NCBI GenBank assembly: GCA_001805445.1 | Contig: MHGF01000028.1 | Coordinates: 73,651 to 137,650 of the forward strand | Source of the DNA: Omnitrophica WOR_2 bacterium GWF2_43_52 | Lineage (GTDB): Bacteria; Omnitrophota; Gorgyraeia; Gygaellales; UBA12090 | Direction of reading: 5' to 3' | DNA: 64,000 nt | Part shown: piece by piece, positions 35,537-45,276 of the stretch | Layout of the letters: every line of letters starts with the position of its first letter | How positions within the stretch are numbered: position 1 is the stretch's first letter | Notes under the pieces: model-generated | What the model was told of the DNA's origin: nothing | Database searches by the model: none | What the model saw: only the letters and a program-made list of their open reading frames with translations | Made by a program: the position numbers and the translations under genes

Positions 35537-37329
35537 ATTTTAAGCACCTCCAAAAAAGCTTCCTGAGGAATTTCAACTTTTCCGAACTGCTTCATTCTCG
35601 CTTTCCCTTTTTTTTGTTTCTCCCAGAGTTTACGCTTACGGGTAATATCGCCGCCATAGCATTTGGCAGTAACATTTTTTCCGGCCGCCCGGACTTTCTC
35701 CGACGCTATAACCTGGCTTCCCACTGCCGCCTGAATGCTTACCTCAAATAACTGCCTCGGAATCAAATCCTTAAGCCGGCTGACCAAGTTCCTTCCTTTT
35801 TCATATGCCATCTCCTTATGGAGGATACTTGAGAAGGCATCGCATTTATCTCCGTTAATCAGGATATCTAATTTGACTAATTTTGTCGGGAAATAACCGA
35901 TGAATTCATAATCCATAGAGCCATAGCCGCGGGTAACAGATTTTAACTTATCAAAAAAATCCACCAAAATCTCCGAGAGCGGCATATCAAAAACCAATTT
36001 TACCCTGTCCGATCCCAGAAATTCTGTGGCATTATACATACCCCTTCTGGTGCGCGATAATTCATGCACCGCGTCAAGGCTATCGGTAGGAATAAGCATG
36101 GTGACTACCACATAAGGCTCTTCAGCTTCGTCAATGTCCTGCGGGCCGGGGAATTTTTCAGGGTTATCCACATCAATAATTTCCCCGCCCTTCTTTTTAA
36201 TTCGATACACAACGCTAGGCACGGTGAGAATCAAATTTAAACTATACTCCCGCTCCAGGCGTTCCTGGATAATTTCCATATGCAGTAATCCTAAAAAGCC
36301 GCAACGAAAGCCAAAACCAAAAGAAACCGAGCTCTCCGGCTCGTAGACAAACGAGGCATCGGTAAGCCGAAGTTTTTCCATCGAGGCGCGCAGATTATCG
36401 AAATCTGCGGCATTAACAGGGTAGAGCCCGCAAAAGACAAGCGGCTTTAATTTCCGGAAACCCGGCAAAGGCTCTTCTAAGGGAGTGGAGATATTAAATA
36501 CCGTATCTCCGATTGCCACCTCTGCAGCGCTCCTGATATTAGAGATAAAATAGCCGACTTCGCCGCAGGATAGGCTCTCAACCTTCGTCATCTTGAGGTC
36601 TTTTAAAACCCCAAGCTCTTCTACCTTATACGTTTTTGACGCCTGCATCATTTTTACGGTATCGCTGGATTTCATTGTCCCGTCGATAATCTTCAGATAG
36701 ACAATCACCCCGCGATAGATATCAAAGACGGAATCAAAAATAAGGGCTTTTAAGGGTTTTGTGCCGTCGCCCGACGGAACCGGCACTGTGGCAACAATCT
36801 GTTCTAAAATATCTTCTATGCCTTTGCCTTCTTTAGCGGATGCTAAAATAATATCTTTTTCCTCAAAATTAAAAACCTCAACAAGCTGAAGTTTAACCCT
36901 GTCGGCATCGGCACTGGGCAAATCAATTTTATTTATCACCGGTATTATTTTCAGATTCAATTCTTTCGCCAGGTTAAAATTGGCAACGGTCTGAGCCTCA
37001 ATGCCTTGCGTGGCATCCACCACTAAAAGCGCTCCTTCACAGGCTGCTAAGGCTTTTGAGACTTCATAGGTAAAATCAACATGGCCCGGAGTATCAATCA
37101 GGTTTAAGGCATAAGAAGTGCCGTTTTTGGCCTTGTATTCCAGCCTTACCGTTGAAGCCTTGATCGTAATACCCCGCTCACGCTCAAGCTCCATATCATC
37201 AAGCAATTGATCATGGAAATTGCGCCTGTCTATGGCGCCCACAAACTCAAGTATCCTGTCGGCAAGGGTAGACTTGCCGTGATCAATATGGGCGATGATG
37301 CTGAAATTACGAATTAATGATTTATCCAT
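35533..37329 (-). CDS. lepA: Elongation factor 4
   Basis: IRNFSIIAHIDHGKSTLADR, KCYGGDITRKRKL. Confidence 0.98.
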   Translation of the reverse strand: MDKSLIRNFSIIAHIDHGKSTLADRILEFVGAIDRRNFHDQLLDDMELERERGITIKASTVRLEYKAKNGTSYALNLIDTPGHVDFTYEVSKALAACEGALLVVDATQGIEAQTVANFNLAKELNLKIIPVINKIDLPSADADRVKLQLVEVFNFEEKDIILASAKEGKGIEDILEQIVATVPVPSGDGTKPLKALIFDSVFDIYRGVIVYLKIIDGTMKSSDTVKMMQASKTYKVEELGVLKDLKMTKVESLSCGEVGYFISNIRSAAEVAIGDTVFNISTPLEEPLPGFRKLKPLVFCGLYPVNAADFDNLRASMEKLRLTDASFVYEPESSVSFGFGFRCGFLGLLHMEIIQERLEREYSLNLILTVPSVVYRIKKKGGEIIDVDNPEKFPGPQDIDEAEEPYVVVTMLIPTDSLDAVHELSRTRRGMYNATEFLGSDRVKLVFDMPLSEILVDFFDKLKSVTRGYGSMDYEFIGYFPTKLVKLDILINGDKCDAFSSILHKEMAYEKGRNLVSRLKDLIPRQLFEVSIQAAVGSQVIASEKVRAAGKNVTAKCYGGDITRKRKLWEKQKKGKARMKQFGKVEIPQEAFLEVLKI

Positions 37330-37372
37330 TTTTAGTCAATAGTCTATAGTCAATGGCTTATAGCCCCAAGAA

Positions 37373-38077
37373 CTACACAGCGCCTCTCTGAGTTGACAGC
37401 TTGATATGTTCTAACAAAACTTTGACAGTTCCTTCAATAGTCATCTTAGTCGTATCTATGTAAATCGCGTCTTTAGCCTGTTTAAGGGGGGCGCATTTGC
37501 GGCTGGAATCAATGGTGTCCCGGTTGCACAGGTCTTTTTGCACATCCTCCAGGGAAACGTCCTGGCCGTTTTCTTTCAACTCTTTATGGCGCCGCCGGAC
37601 CCGCTCCTTTAAATCAGCATCTAAGAAAAATTTCTTATCCGCGTCAGGAAAAACCGCGGTTCCGATATCTCTTCCGTCTAAGACGCAAGAAACCTTAGAG
37701 CCTAATTCCCGCTGACGCATAAGCATTTCTTTTCTGACCCCCGGCACTTTGGCAGTATCTGAGACAAACTTGCTGATATTGGGCTTTCTAATATCCAAAG
37801 AAACATCCTCTCTATCCAATAAAACCCGGATCGTGCCATCGGGTTTGTTCTCTAAATCAATCCTGGTCTTTTTAGCCAGGCCGGTCAATTGCCGGCCTTG
37901 GGAAAAATTTATCCCCTTCCTGATTGCCTTCAAAGTTAAAGCCCGATACATTGCCCCGGTATCAATATAAAGAAACTTCATCTGCAGGGCTAAGAGCTTA
38001 GCCACAGTTGACTTCCCCGCGCCTGCAGGCCCGTCAATGGCGATAATCAGCTTTTTAGGTTTAGCAGGCAATGGCAT
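37373..38077 (-). CDS. cmk: Cytidylate kinase
   Basis: IAIDGPAGAGKST, DTGAMYR, DGRDIGT. Confidence 0.96.
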   Translation of the reverse strand: MPLPAKPKKLIIAIDGPAGAGKSTVAKLLALQMKFLYIDTGAMYRALTLKAIRKGINFSQGRQLTGLAKKTRIDLENKPDGTIRVLLDREDVSLDIRKPNISKFVSDTAKVPGVRKEMLMRQRELGSKVSCVLDGRDIGTAVFPDADKKFFLDADLKERVRRRHKELKENGQDVSLEDVQKDLCNRDTIDSSRKCAPLKQAKDAIYIDTTKMTIEGTVKVLLEHIKLSTQRGAV

Positions 38078-38894
38078 TTCTTTTTTTTCGTGATTTCGTA
38101 AGGTAAGCGGCTATCTGCTTTGATTGGCGGGCATTAACAAAAGACTCTAAGCGTCCAAGAGAACGCTTAAAGTCTTTTATTGCTTTCAGAAGCTCTGCGC
38201 GATTGGTCAGAAAAATATCTTTCCATACTACCGGATCAGACATGCTGATACGGGTTGTATCTTTTAAGCCGCTTGCCGCGAACCCCAGGTAGCCCGGTTT
38301 TATGCAGTCAATAAGGCAGAATGCCACCGCGTGCGGAAGATGGCTGACAAAGGCAAGGACGCGGTCGTGTGAACGCGCGTCCATAGTTTTGGTATGCGCG
38401 CCTACTGCCTCCCACAGGGTTTTGACTTTAGCGACGGCTTCTTTTCTTGTCTTTTTCGCGGCGATAAGAAGGCATAAAGAATTTTCAAAAAGAGCGCTTC
38501 TGGCGTTTTCCACACCTCTCTTCTCCATGCCTGCCAAGGGATGGCAGCCGACAAAATTCAGGCGGCATTTTTCCGCGGCCTTGACAATCTCCGCTTTCGT
38601 TGAGCCGACGTCAATAACAATACACTCTTTACGGATAATTTTCGCGATCCGGGGAATACTCATTTTTATTTCATTTACCGGTGTAGCCAAAATTACTACA
38701 TCGGCATCCATGAGTTTATCTAACTCCAGATACCCTTCGTCAATGGCTCCTTTTTCCAAGGCTACAGCCAAAGACTCGCGCCGATGGCCTATACCGATAA
38801 TCTTTTTCACAAGGCCATGGTGCTTCATCGCCAGGCCCAGTGAGCCGCCAATTAAGCCAACCCCGACAATGGCAACAGTATCAAACAAAATCAT
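38061..38894 (-). CDS. tyrA: Prephenate dehydrogenase
   Basis: GVGLIGGS, DVGSTK, HPLAG.E, SHLPH, DTTRI. Confidence 0.93.
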   Translation of the reverse strand: MILFDTVAIVGVGLIGGSLGLAMKHHGLVKKIIGIGHRRESLAVALEKGAIDEGYLELDKLMDADVVILATPVNEIKMSIPRIAKIIRKECIVIDVGSTKAEIVKAAEKCRLNFVGCHPLAGMEKRGVENARSALFENSLCLLIAAKKTRKEAVAKVKTLWEAVGAHTKTMDARSHDRVLAFVSHLPHAVAFCLIDCIKPGYLGFAASGLKDTTRISMSDPVVWKDIFLTNRAELLKAIKDFKRSLGRLESFVNARQSKQIAAYLTKSRKKRNAIAC

Positions 38895-39907
38895 ATGCTC
38901 CTATTGACAGCCTTAGCAACTGCTTTCATGGAGGCAACCAGCCCTTTAAAATTATCAGGGGTAAGGGATTGCGCTCCGTCCGACATTGCCTCCTCCGGAT
39001 GAATATGCACTTCAATAATCAGGCCGTCGCATCCTGCGGCAACAGCGGCCTTTGACAATGACCCCACCAAACCCCAGCGGCCGGCGGCATGGGAAGGATC
39101 TATGATAATCGGTAAATGGCTAAGCTCTTTTACGACGGGAATCGCGCTAATATCAAGGGTATTCCTCGTAGAATCCTCAAAAGTCCGTATCCCGCGCTCG
39201 CAAAGAACCACATTCATGTTGCCGCCGGCAAGGATATATTCGGCAGACATAAGCCATTCCTTGACTGTCGCGGAAAGCCCGCGCTTTAAGATAACCGGCT
39301 TCTTTATCAGCCCTACTTCCTTTAAGAGGTTAAAATTCTGCATATTGCGCGCGCCAATTTGCAATACGTCCGCGTAACGGGCCACGAGCTCAACATCACG
39401 GGTATCCATGACTTCCGTAACCGTTACCATGTCTAATTTGTCGCCAACGTCTTTTAAATACTTTAACCCCTCCTCGCCTAATCCCTGAAAAGTATAGGGT
39501 GATGTCCGAGGCTTGAAGGCGCCGCCGCGAAGGCATTTTGCTCCGAAAGACTTAACCACTTTTGCTGTCTCATACAGCATGGCGTGGTTCTCGATGGCGC
39601 AGGGGCCCGCGAACATAACAATCTCTTCTCCTCCTATGGCTACCCCCTTACCCAAATCAATCACTGAATTTTCTTTACGGAACTCGCGGGAGACTAATTT
39701 ATAGGGCGCAAGAACCGGTATAACCTTTTCCACGCCGGGGAATGCCTCAAGAGGAGTAGCGCGAAGAACCTCTTCGGGGCCGATAACCCCGATAATCGTA
39801 CGCTCTGTGCCTTTGGAGAGCATCGGCTTAAGCCCAAGCTTGGTTACCCTCTCAACAATATGCTCAACTTCCTTATCCGTTGTTCCCGGACGTAATACGA
39901 TTATCAT
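38891..39907 (-). CDS. aroF: DAHP synthase (type I-beta with N-terminal regulatory domain)
   Basis: AGPCAIE, RGGAFKPRTSPY, QIGARNMQN, IIDPSH. Confidence 0.94.
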   Translation of the reverse strand: MIIVLRPGTTDKEVEHIVERVTKLGLKPMLSKGTERTIIGVIGPEEVLRATPLEAFPGVEKVIPVLAPYKLVSREFRKENSVIDLGKGVAIGGEEIVMFAGPCAIENHAMLYETAKVVKSFGAKCLRGGAFKPRTSPYTFQGLGEEGLKYLKDVGDKLDMVTVTEVMDTRDVELVARYADVLQIGARNMQNFNLLKEVGLIKKPVILKRGLSATVKEWLMSAEYILAGGNMNVVLCERGIRTFEDSTRNTLDISAIPVVKELSHLPIIIDPSHAAGRWGLVGSLSKAAVAAGCDGLIIEVHIHPEEAMSDGAQSLTPDNFKGLVASMKAVAKAVNRSI

Positions 39908-39936
39908 ACCAATCTCTCCTTATAAGATATTCTCAA

Positions 39937-40087
39937 CTAGTTAAATGCGGGGATTAGATGACTAGGGTATTAGGATTTGGAGATTAGGATATTAAGCCTG
40001 GTGAACAAATTTGATTCTTTCTTAATGTCCCACTATCCTAATCCCCAAACCCTGATCTCCTAATTACCTAATATCCGCTTTTAGGAT
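39937..40087. mobile_element. MITE-like element, family B
   Basis: gttaaatgcggg...atatccgcttttag with inverted degenerate 8-mers. Confidence 0.55.
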
Positions 40088-40103
40088 GCCACTATTCCTC
40101 TTT

Positions 40104-41180
40104 TTATAGAACTTTCCTTAACGCTTCAACGAATTTCTCATTTTCCTGCTTAGTCCCTACCGTTACCCGCACATAATCCTTGAGGCCATATTGGCACATA
40201 TCCCGGACAATCACTCCCCTTTTAAGGAGTTCTTGAGAAATCGTAAGCCCATCTTTATTCACTTTAAAAAGGATAAAATTTGCCGCGGAATAAATAGCCT
40301 CTAAGCCTAATTGCTCAAAGTGGCGCAGGAGATAACGCTTCCCTTCCCACACCAATGCCTGGGATTTCCTGACAAAGGCAGTATCTGACAACGCGGCCAG
40401 AGCAGCTTCCTGAGCCAGGCTATTGACATTAAACGGCTGGCGCACGCGTTCCATATACCCGACAAGCTCCGGGCTTGCTATCCCATAGCCTATACGCAGG
40501 CCTGCTAATCCGTAAATCTTGGAAAAGGTACGCAGGATAATAACGTTTTTTCCTTCTTTCACATAGCGTATCGTCTCCGGAAAATCTTTTTCTTTAACAA
40601 ACTCAAAGTATGCCTCATCAAAGACAACAATGACATCTTTCGGAATATCTCTTAAGAAACTCTCAACTTCTTTTTTATCCACATAGGTCCCTGTAGGGTT
40701 ATTGGGGTTAGCAATAAAAACAACCTTCACCCTTTTGTTCAAGGCCTGTTTCATGGCTGATAAGTCATAGCGAAAGCCTCTTAAAGGAAACATCTTTGGC
40801 CTGCGTCCATTTTGCTGGGCGATAATTTTATACTCTAAAAAGGTTGCCTCGGCAGTCATGATCTCATCGCGAGGGCAAGAGAAAGCCTTGATAATAATAT
40901 CAATGAGTTCATCTGAACCGTTTCCAAAAATAAGATTGCGCGGATTGACTTTCAAATGCCTGCTGAGGCGCTGACGAAGATAATAACACGAGCCTTCGGG
41001 ATAGCGGTTAATTTTAGGAAGCGCCTTTTGAATGGCACGCAGCGCCTTGGGGCTTGGGCCAAGAGGATTTTCATTTGAGGCAAGCTTTATGACTTTCGAT
41101 AATCCTAATTGGCGCTTGACCTCCTCAATGGGTTTACCCGGCTGATAAGGAGTTATTTCTAAAATCCTGTTATTTACCAT
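40104..41180 (-). CDS. hisC: Histidinol-phosphate/aromatic aminotransferase
   Basis: KLASNENP, NPNNPTG, DEAY, RTFSKIYGLAGLRIGY. Confidence 0.94.
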   Translation of the reverse strand: MVNNRILEITPYQPGKPIEEVKRQLGLSKVIKLASNENPLGPSPKALRAIQKALPKINRYPEGSCYYLRQRLSRHLKVNPRNLIFGNGSDELIDIIIKAFSCPRDEIMTAEATFLEYKIIAQQNGRRPKMFPLRGFRYDLSAMKQALNKRVKVVFIANPNNPTGTYVDKKEVESFLRDIPKDVIVVFDEAYFEFVKEKDFPETIRYVKEGKNVIILRTFSKIYGLAGLRIGYGIASPELVGYMERVRQPFNVNSLAQEAALAALSDTAFVRKSQALVWEGKRYLLRHFEQLGLEAIYSAANFILFKVNKDGLTISQELLKRGVIVRDMCQYGLKDYVRVTVGTKQENEKFVEALRKVL

Positions 41181-41187
41181 TGATAGA

Positions 41188-41252
41188 GGGGTCTGATAGA
41201 AGGGTCTGACCTCAACCTTAGAAGTTAATTTCTATTGTTGAGGTCTGATCCC
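41188..41252. repeat. REPIN-like inverted repeat (GGGTCTGACC family)
   Basis: gggtctgacctcaac...gttgaggtctgatccc. Confidence 0.6.
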
Positions 41253-41258
41253 ATTGTT

Positions 41259-42320
41259 TTATTCCACATTCGGATATGAACCAAGTATCTTTAAATACTT
41301 GGCATAGTGCTCTAATGACTCAAGTGCCCTGGCGACATTTTTATCCTGGATATGGCCTTCTAAATCAACAAAAAAATAATAATCCCATGCCTTTTTCTTA
41401 GAAGGGCGCGATTCTATTTTCGTCAGGTTGATACGGTATTTCTTAAAAGGCACCAGCATATCATGGAGTGCCCCGACCTTGTCTTTAATGGAGAAAACCA
41501 CTGAAGTCTTGTCATTTCCCGTAGGGCCGGCGCCATTAGTGCCGATAACCAGAAAACGGGTAATATTACTCGGGGAATCTTCTATATTCGCGGCAACAAC
41601 CCTGAGCTGATACACCTTTGCCGCCAGAGTAGACGCGATACAGGCGGCATTCTTTTCTTTCTTGACTATCTGGGCGGCGCGGCTGGTGCTTGCGGCATCA
41701 ATTAAATCTGCCTTTGGGAAATTCTCCCGCAGCCACAGCCGGCATTGAGAAAAGACTTCCGGTTTAGAATAAATCGCGGTTATTTTTTCCTTTGTATACC
41801 GGCTCAAAAGATTATGGGAAACATTCATCACAATCTGAGAGCATATCTTTAGATCAGAATCTATAAGCATATCCATGGTATGAGTAATAGCGCCCTCAAT
41901 GGAATTTTCTATCGGCACTACTCCGTAATGAGCGCTGCCTCTTTCCACCTCTTTAAAGACATCGCTTATAGAAAAACACGGGATATACTCAAGCTGCAGC
42001 CCGAATCTTTTTATCGCCGCTAAGTGAGTAAAGGTAGCCTCCGGCCCCAAGTAGGCGATTGCCAAGGGCTTCTCCAGGGAAAGCGCGCTTGACATTACCT
42101 CGCGGTAAATCGCCTCTAACGCGCTATCAGGGAGAAGGCCGCGCTTTGTGCTTTTGAGCTTTTGCAAAACTTCATACTCGCGTTCCGGAGAATAAATCCC
42201 TTTGCCAAGCTTCTTCTTGATGTTTCTGATTTTAAGGGTAATTTCCAAACGCTTATCCAAATCATTAACGATATGCGCGTCAAGGCTGTCAATCTGCTTT
42301 CGCAATGTTTTAAGATTCAT
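41259..42320 (-). CDS. pheA: Chorismate mutase/prephenate dehydratase
   Basis: LRKQIDSLD CM domain, YLGPEATF, PIENSIEG, NITRF, IESRP; start at MNLK (42320). Confidence 0.95.
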   Translation of the reverse strand: MNLKTLRKQIDSLDAHIVNDLDKRLEITLKIRNIKKKLGKGIYSPEREYEVLQKLKSTKRGLLPDSALEAIYREVMSSALSLEKPLAIAYLGPEATFTHLAAIKRFGLQLEYIPCFSISDVFKEVERGSAHYGVVPIENSIEGAITHTMDMLIDSDLKICSQIVMNVSHNLLSRYTKEKITAIYSKPEVFSQCRLWLRENFPKADLIDAASTSRAAQIVKKEKNAACIASTLAAKVYQLRVVAANIEDSPSNITRFLVIGTNGAGPTGNDKTSVVFSIKDKVGALHDMLVPFKKYRINLTKIESRPSKKKAWDYYFFVDLEGHIQDKNVARALESLEHYAKYLKILGSYPNVE

Positions 42321-43020
42321 GGGCGCTTCCTTCCTTACTCTTATCTTGGGATTCTTCCGCCGAGACAACCTGAGTTGGCTCAGGGCTGGTTTCATGGGCT
42401 TCTGAGGTATCCGCGATAAATGCTTCGGTTCTGTTACTAAAGGTAAGCAAGGTAGAAGAAGCCGCCTCAGCATTTTTTACAAACTCCTCTATTTTCGGTA
42501 AATCCTCCAGCGATGCCAGCCCAAAATATTCCAGGAACTGCCGCGTTGTCCCGTAGACAAAAGGCCTGCCGATAACCTCTTTCTTCCCGGTAATACGAAT
42601 CAGATTTTTCTCCAATAAATTTCTTACCATAGAGTCGACATTGACGCCCCGCAAAGACTCAATATCAAGGCGTGTTACCGGCTGTTTATAGGCAATAATT
42701 GCCAGGGTTTCTAAGGCTGATTTACTTAAGCGCTGCGCGTCGCGCAGTTTATAGAATTTCTTTAATATCTCCGCGGCTTCCAAAGAGGTCACAATCTGAA
42801 ACCCTCCGGCAACCTCCGCGATACGCAGGCCCCGCTGGGCATTTTCATAATCATGTTTAAGCTCTAAAACAATTTCTCGCAGTTTGCCTGGCTCGATATC
42901 CTCAAAGACACCCTTTATTTGGTCAATCATCAGGGGCTTTTCGCTGATAAATAAAAGCGCCTCTATCGCGGCTTTCGTTGATAAAGATGAAAACTGACTA
43001 TCGTTTAATGCTTCACTCAT
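42310..43020 (-). CDS. scpB: SMC-Scp complex subunit ScpB
   Basis: IEALLF, LETLAIIAYKQPVTR, YGTT..FLEYFGL. Confidence 0.94.
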   Translation of the reverse strand: MSEALNDSQFSSLSTKAAIEALLFISEKPLMIDQIKGVFEDIEPGKLREIVLELKHDYENAQRGLRIAEVAGGFQIVTSLEAAEILKKFYKLRDAQRLSKSALETLAIIAYKQPVTRLDIESLRGVNVDSMVRNLLEKNLIRITGKKEVIGRPFVYGTTRQFLEYFGLASLEDLPKIEEFVKNAEAASSTLLTFSNRTEAFIADTSEAHETSPEPTQVVSAEESQDKSKEGSAHES

Positions 43021-43646
43021 TTTTTGACCTTATGTTTATAGACCTCATTGAGCAGGGCTTCGGTGGTAACGCTATGAGGCGCTCGTTCCAAGGCCTTGTG
43101 CACCATTTCCTTTGCTTCCTGGCGTTTGTACTGCAACTGAACCAATACCTCAACCGCTTCTAACGCGATATCGCTTGAAGTTCCAGCTTCCTTAACTACA
43201 AAATCTTCGTCCTGGATAAGCCCGTATTTTCCGACTTTACCCTGGAGCTTAGCAACAATTTCCTTTGCGCGCTGCTGGCCGATTCCGGGAAGAGATTTTA
43301 AAAAACTGATATCCCCCTCATCTATTGCCTTGGCAATCGCGGAAAAAGGCATTGCCAATGCCTTTAAGGCGGCGCGGGGGCCAATGCCGGACACCGAAAT
43401 AAACTGCTGAAAAAAATCTTTTTCAATATCGTTTAAGAAGCCAATAAGAATAGGAATAGACTTTGACGGTTCGACATTATGATAGTGATAGGTAGCCAAG
43501 GTAACTATCCCATCATTCCCCAGAGATTTCTCTATTTTCTGTATAATCGCCGTGGGGACCAACACCTCATAACAAATCCCCGCGATATCGATGAACAAGG
43601 AATTGGGATTTTGCCGTATTACCTTACCGCTAATTTGAACAATCAT
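43017..43646 (-). CDS. ruvA: Holliday junction branch migration protein RuvA
   Basis: VSGIGPRAAL, LPGIG, EAVEVLVQLQY; follows ruvC. Confidence 0.9.
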   Translation of the reverse strand: MIVQISGKVIRQNPNSLFIDIAGICYEVLVPTAIIQKIEKSLGNDGIVTLATYHYHNVEPSKSIPILIGFLNDIEKDFFQQFISVSGIGPRAALKALAMPFSAIAKAIDEGDISFLKSLPGIGQQRAKEIVAKLQGKVGKYGLIQDEDFVVKEAGTSSDIALEAVEVLVQLQYKRQEAKEMVHKALERAPHSVTTEALLNEVYKHKVKK

Positions 43647-43648
43647 TT

Positions 43649-43711
43649 TCAGCTATCAGCTATCAGCTATCAGCTATCAGCTGAACGCTGAAAGCCGACA
43701 TCTGAAAGCTG
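43649..43711. repeat. (TCAGCTA)x4-5 with inverted degenerate units
   Basis: Read directly; similar TCAGCTC array at 44196-44237. Confidence 0.8.
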
Positions 43712-43717
43712 TCAAGG

Positions 43718-44194
43718 TTATTTTCTCGTCATATACGAATGTCCTATTGCCAAGGCTAAGGCATCCGCCACATCCGCGGGTTCAGGAAGAACTGCTAGCT
43801 TGAGGAGGCCTTGTATCATCCTCTGGATTTGCAGTTTCGAGGCATGTCCTTTTCCCACAATAGCTTTTTTAATACGGGTTGCGGCATACTCAAAAACCGC
43901 CACATTATTTTCTTTCGCGCTTAAGCAAATGATCCCTCTGGCGTGCCCTAACACATAAGCGGTCGTAGGGTGTTTCCAATGGGCATAGAGTTTTTCTAAA
44001 ACCAGTACCTCCGGCTTGAACTTGCGAATTATTTTCTCTATTGCCTTGTGGATATGCTCAAGGCGGCTCTCGGTTTCTTCTTTGGGATTGGTGCGGATAT
44101 ATCCAGCCTCAATAAGGCTTATTTTTAACCCTCGCCCCTCAACCACACCATATCCGCTCGTATGCAACCCCGGATCAATTCCTAGTATGCGCAT
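43718..44194 (-). CDS. ruvC: Holliday junction resolvase RuvC
   Basis: ILGIDPG, GHARG, DVADALALAI. Confidence 0.95.
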   Translation of the reverse strand: MRILGIDPGLHTSGYGVVEGRGLKISLIEAGYIRTNPKEETESRLEHIHKAIEKIIRKFKPEVLVLEKLYAHWKHPTTAYVLGHARGIICLSAKENNVAVFEYAATRIKKAIVGKGHASKLQIQRMIQGLLKLAVLPEPADVADALALAIGHSYMTRK

Positions 44195-44240
44195 TCTCAG
44201 CTCTCAACTCTCAGCTCTCAGCTGAAGGCTGACAGCTTCT

Positions 44241-44996
44241 TTATTCAGCAGCTGCCAACTGTTCAATAATCTCATCAGGAATATCAAAATTCGCGTAGAC
44301 ATCCTGAACGTCGTCCTGGCCCTCAAGTGCCTCAATTAAATTCAGAACCTGCTTTGCCTCCGAGCCTACCACTTTAATGGTTGTGGTCGGAAGCATCGTG
44401 ACCTCAGCGCTTTGTAAATTGATGCCCTTTTCCTGCAAGGCAGCCTTCACCTTCTCAAAATCACCTGCGGCTGTAATTACCTCAAAACTCTTCTCCTGAG
44501 CCTTGATATCTTCCGCGCCGGCACTCAGGGCGATATCCATCAGAGTATCCTCTTGCACGACAGCCTTATCAACGACAATATAACCCCGTTTATTAAACAT
44601 CCAGGCGACAGAACCAGCGCCTGCCATGTTACCGCTTTTTTTGGAAAGGATATTACGCAATTCCGCGGTAGTGCGGTTTTTATTATCGGTTAATGCCTCA
44701 ATGATAATTGCAACCCCACCAGGGCCGTAAGCCTCATAATTAATGGTTTCATACACCACTCCCGGTAATTCGCCCGTGCCGCGCTTGATGGCGTTCTTTA
44801 CATTATCAGAGGGCATATTTGCCTCTTTAGCCTTTGCCATCGCGGTACGCAGCGAGGGATTCATATCCGGATTCCCCCCGCCGTTTCGCGCTGCCATAGT
44901 TATTTCTTTAATAATTCTAGTATAAAGCGCGCCTTTTTTAGCATCCGCAGCGCCTTTTTTATGCTTTATACTTGCCCACTTTGAATGTCCAGACAT
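44241..44996 (-). CDS. yebC: YebC/PmpR family protein
   Basis: MSGHSKWASIKHKK, YEAYGPGG, TDNKNRT. Confidence 0.95.
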   Translation of the reverse strand: MSGHSKWASIKHKKGAADAKKGALYTRIIKEITMAARNGGGNPDMNPSLRTAMAKAKEANMPSDNVKNAIKRGTGELPGVVYETINYEAYGPGGVAIIIEALTDNKNRTTAELRNILSKKSGNMAGAGSVAWMFNKRGYIVVDKAVVQEDTLMDIALSAGAEDIKAQEKSFEVITAAGDFEKVKAALQEKGINLQSAEVTMLPTTTIKVVGSEAKQVLNLIEALEGQDDVQDVYANFDIPDEIIEQLAAAE

Positions 44997-45019
44997 AAAA
45001 ACTCCTCCCTTACTTTACA

Positions 45020-45089
45020 TAGTTACAGCTGAAAAATTTATTTTTACCGCGAGAATCAGCGTCAAAAGATGCTTTTTCAGCGATAACTA
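45020..45089. mobile_element. Short MITE-like element, family A ends only
   Basis: tagttacagctgaaaaa / tttttcagcgataacta. Confidence 0.5.
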
Positions 45090-45179
45090 CATAGCATAGT
45101 ATCTTTGGTTCCTCTACAATCTGTACCAACCCTGCGTAAACCTCTGTTACTTGCGTTTTAGCAATTTTTGTGAAATTTA

Positions 45180-45208
45180 ATTATACTATAGGATTACCCG
45201 CGAGGCAA
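45180..45208 (-). promoter_or_regulatory. Putative sigma70 promoter of the yebC-ruvCA operon
   Basis: TTGCCT-17-TATAAT. Confidence 0.55.
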
Positions 45209-45276
45209 GGCTTTTTAGGATTTAATTGTAACCAGTCAGGTCCCCCGTTTACTGACGCATTGTATTTAGTGTAGAT

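Noticed and set aside
42321-42473. Extended N-termini of pheA (also acsE, ftsH, ctpA, pgsA) in the ORF track
   Set aside because: They overlap upstream genes or repeats; downstream ATGs fit the RBS and family start better.
42310-44194. Absence of ruvB and scpA beside ruvA and scpB; aroA separated from tyrA-cmk
   Set aside because: These operons are often split, and one window cannot show gene loss.
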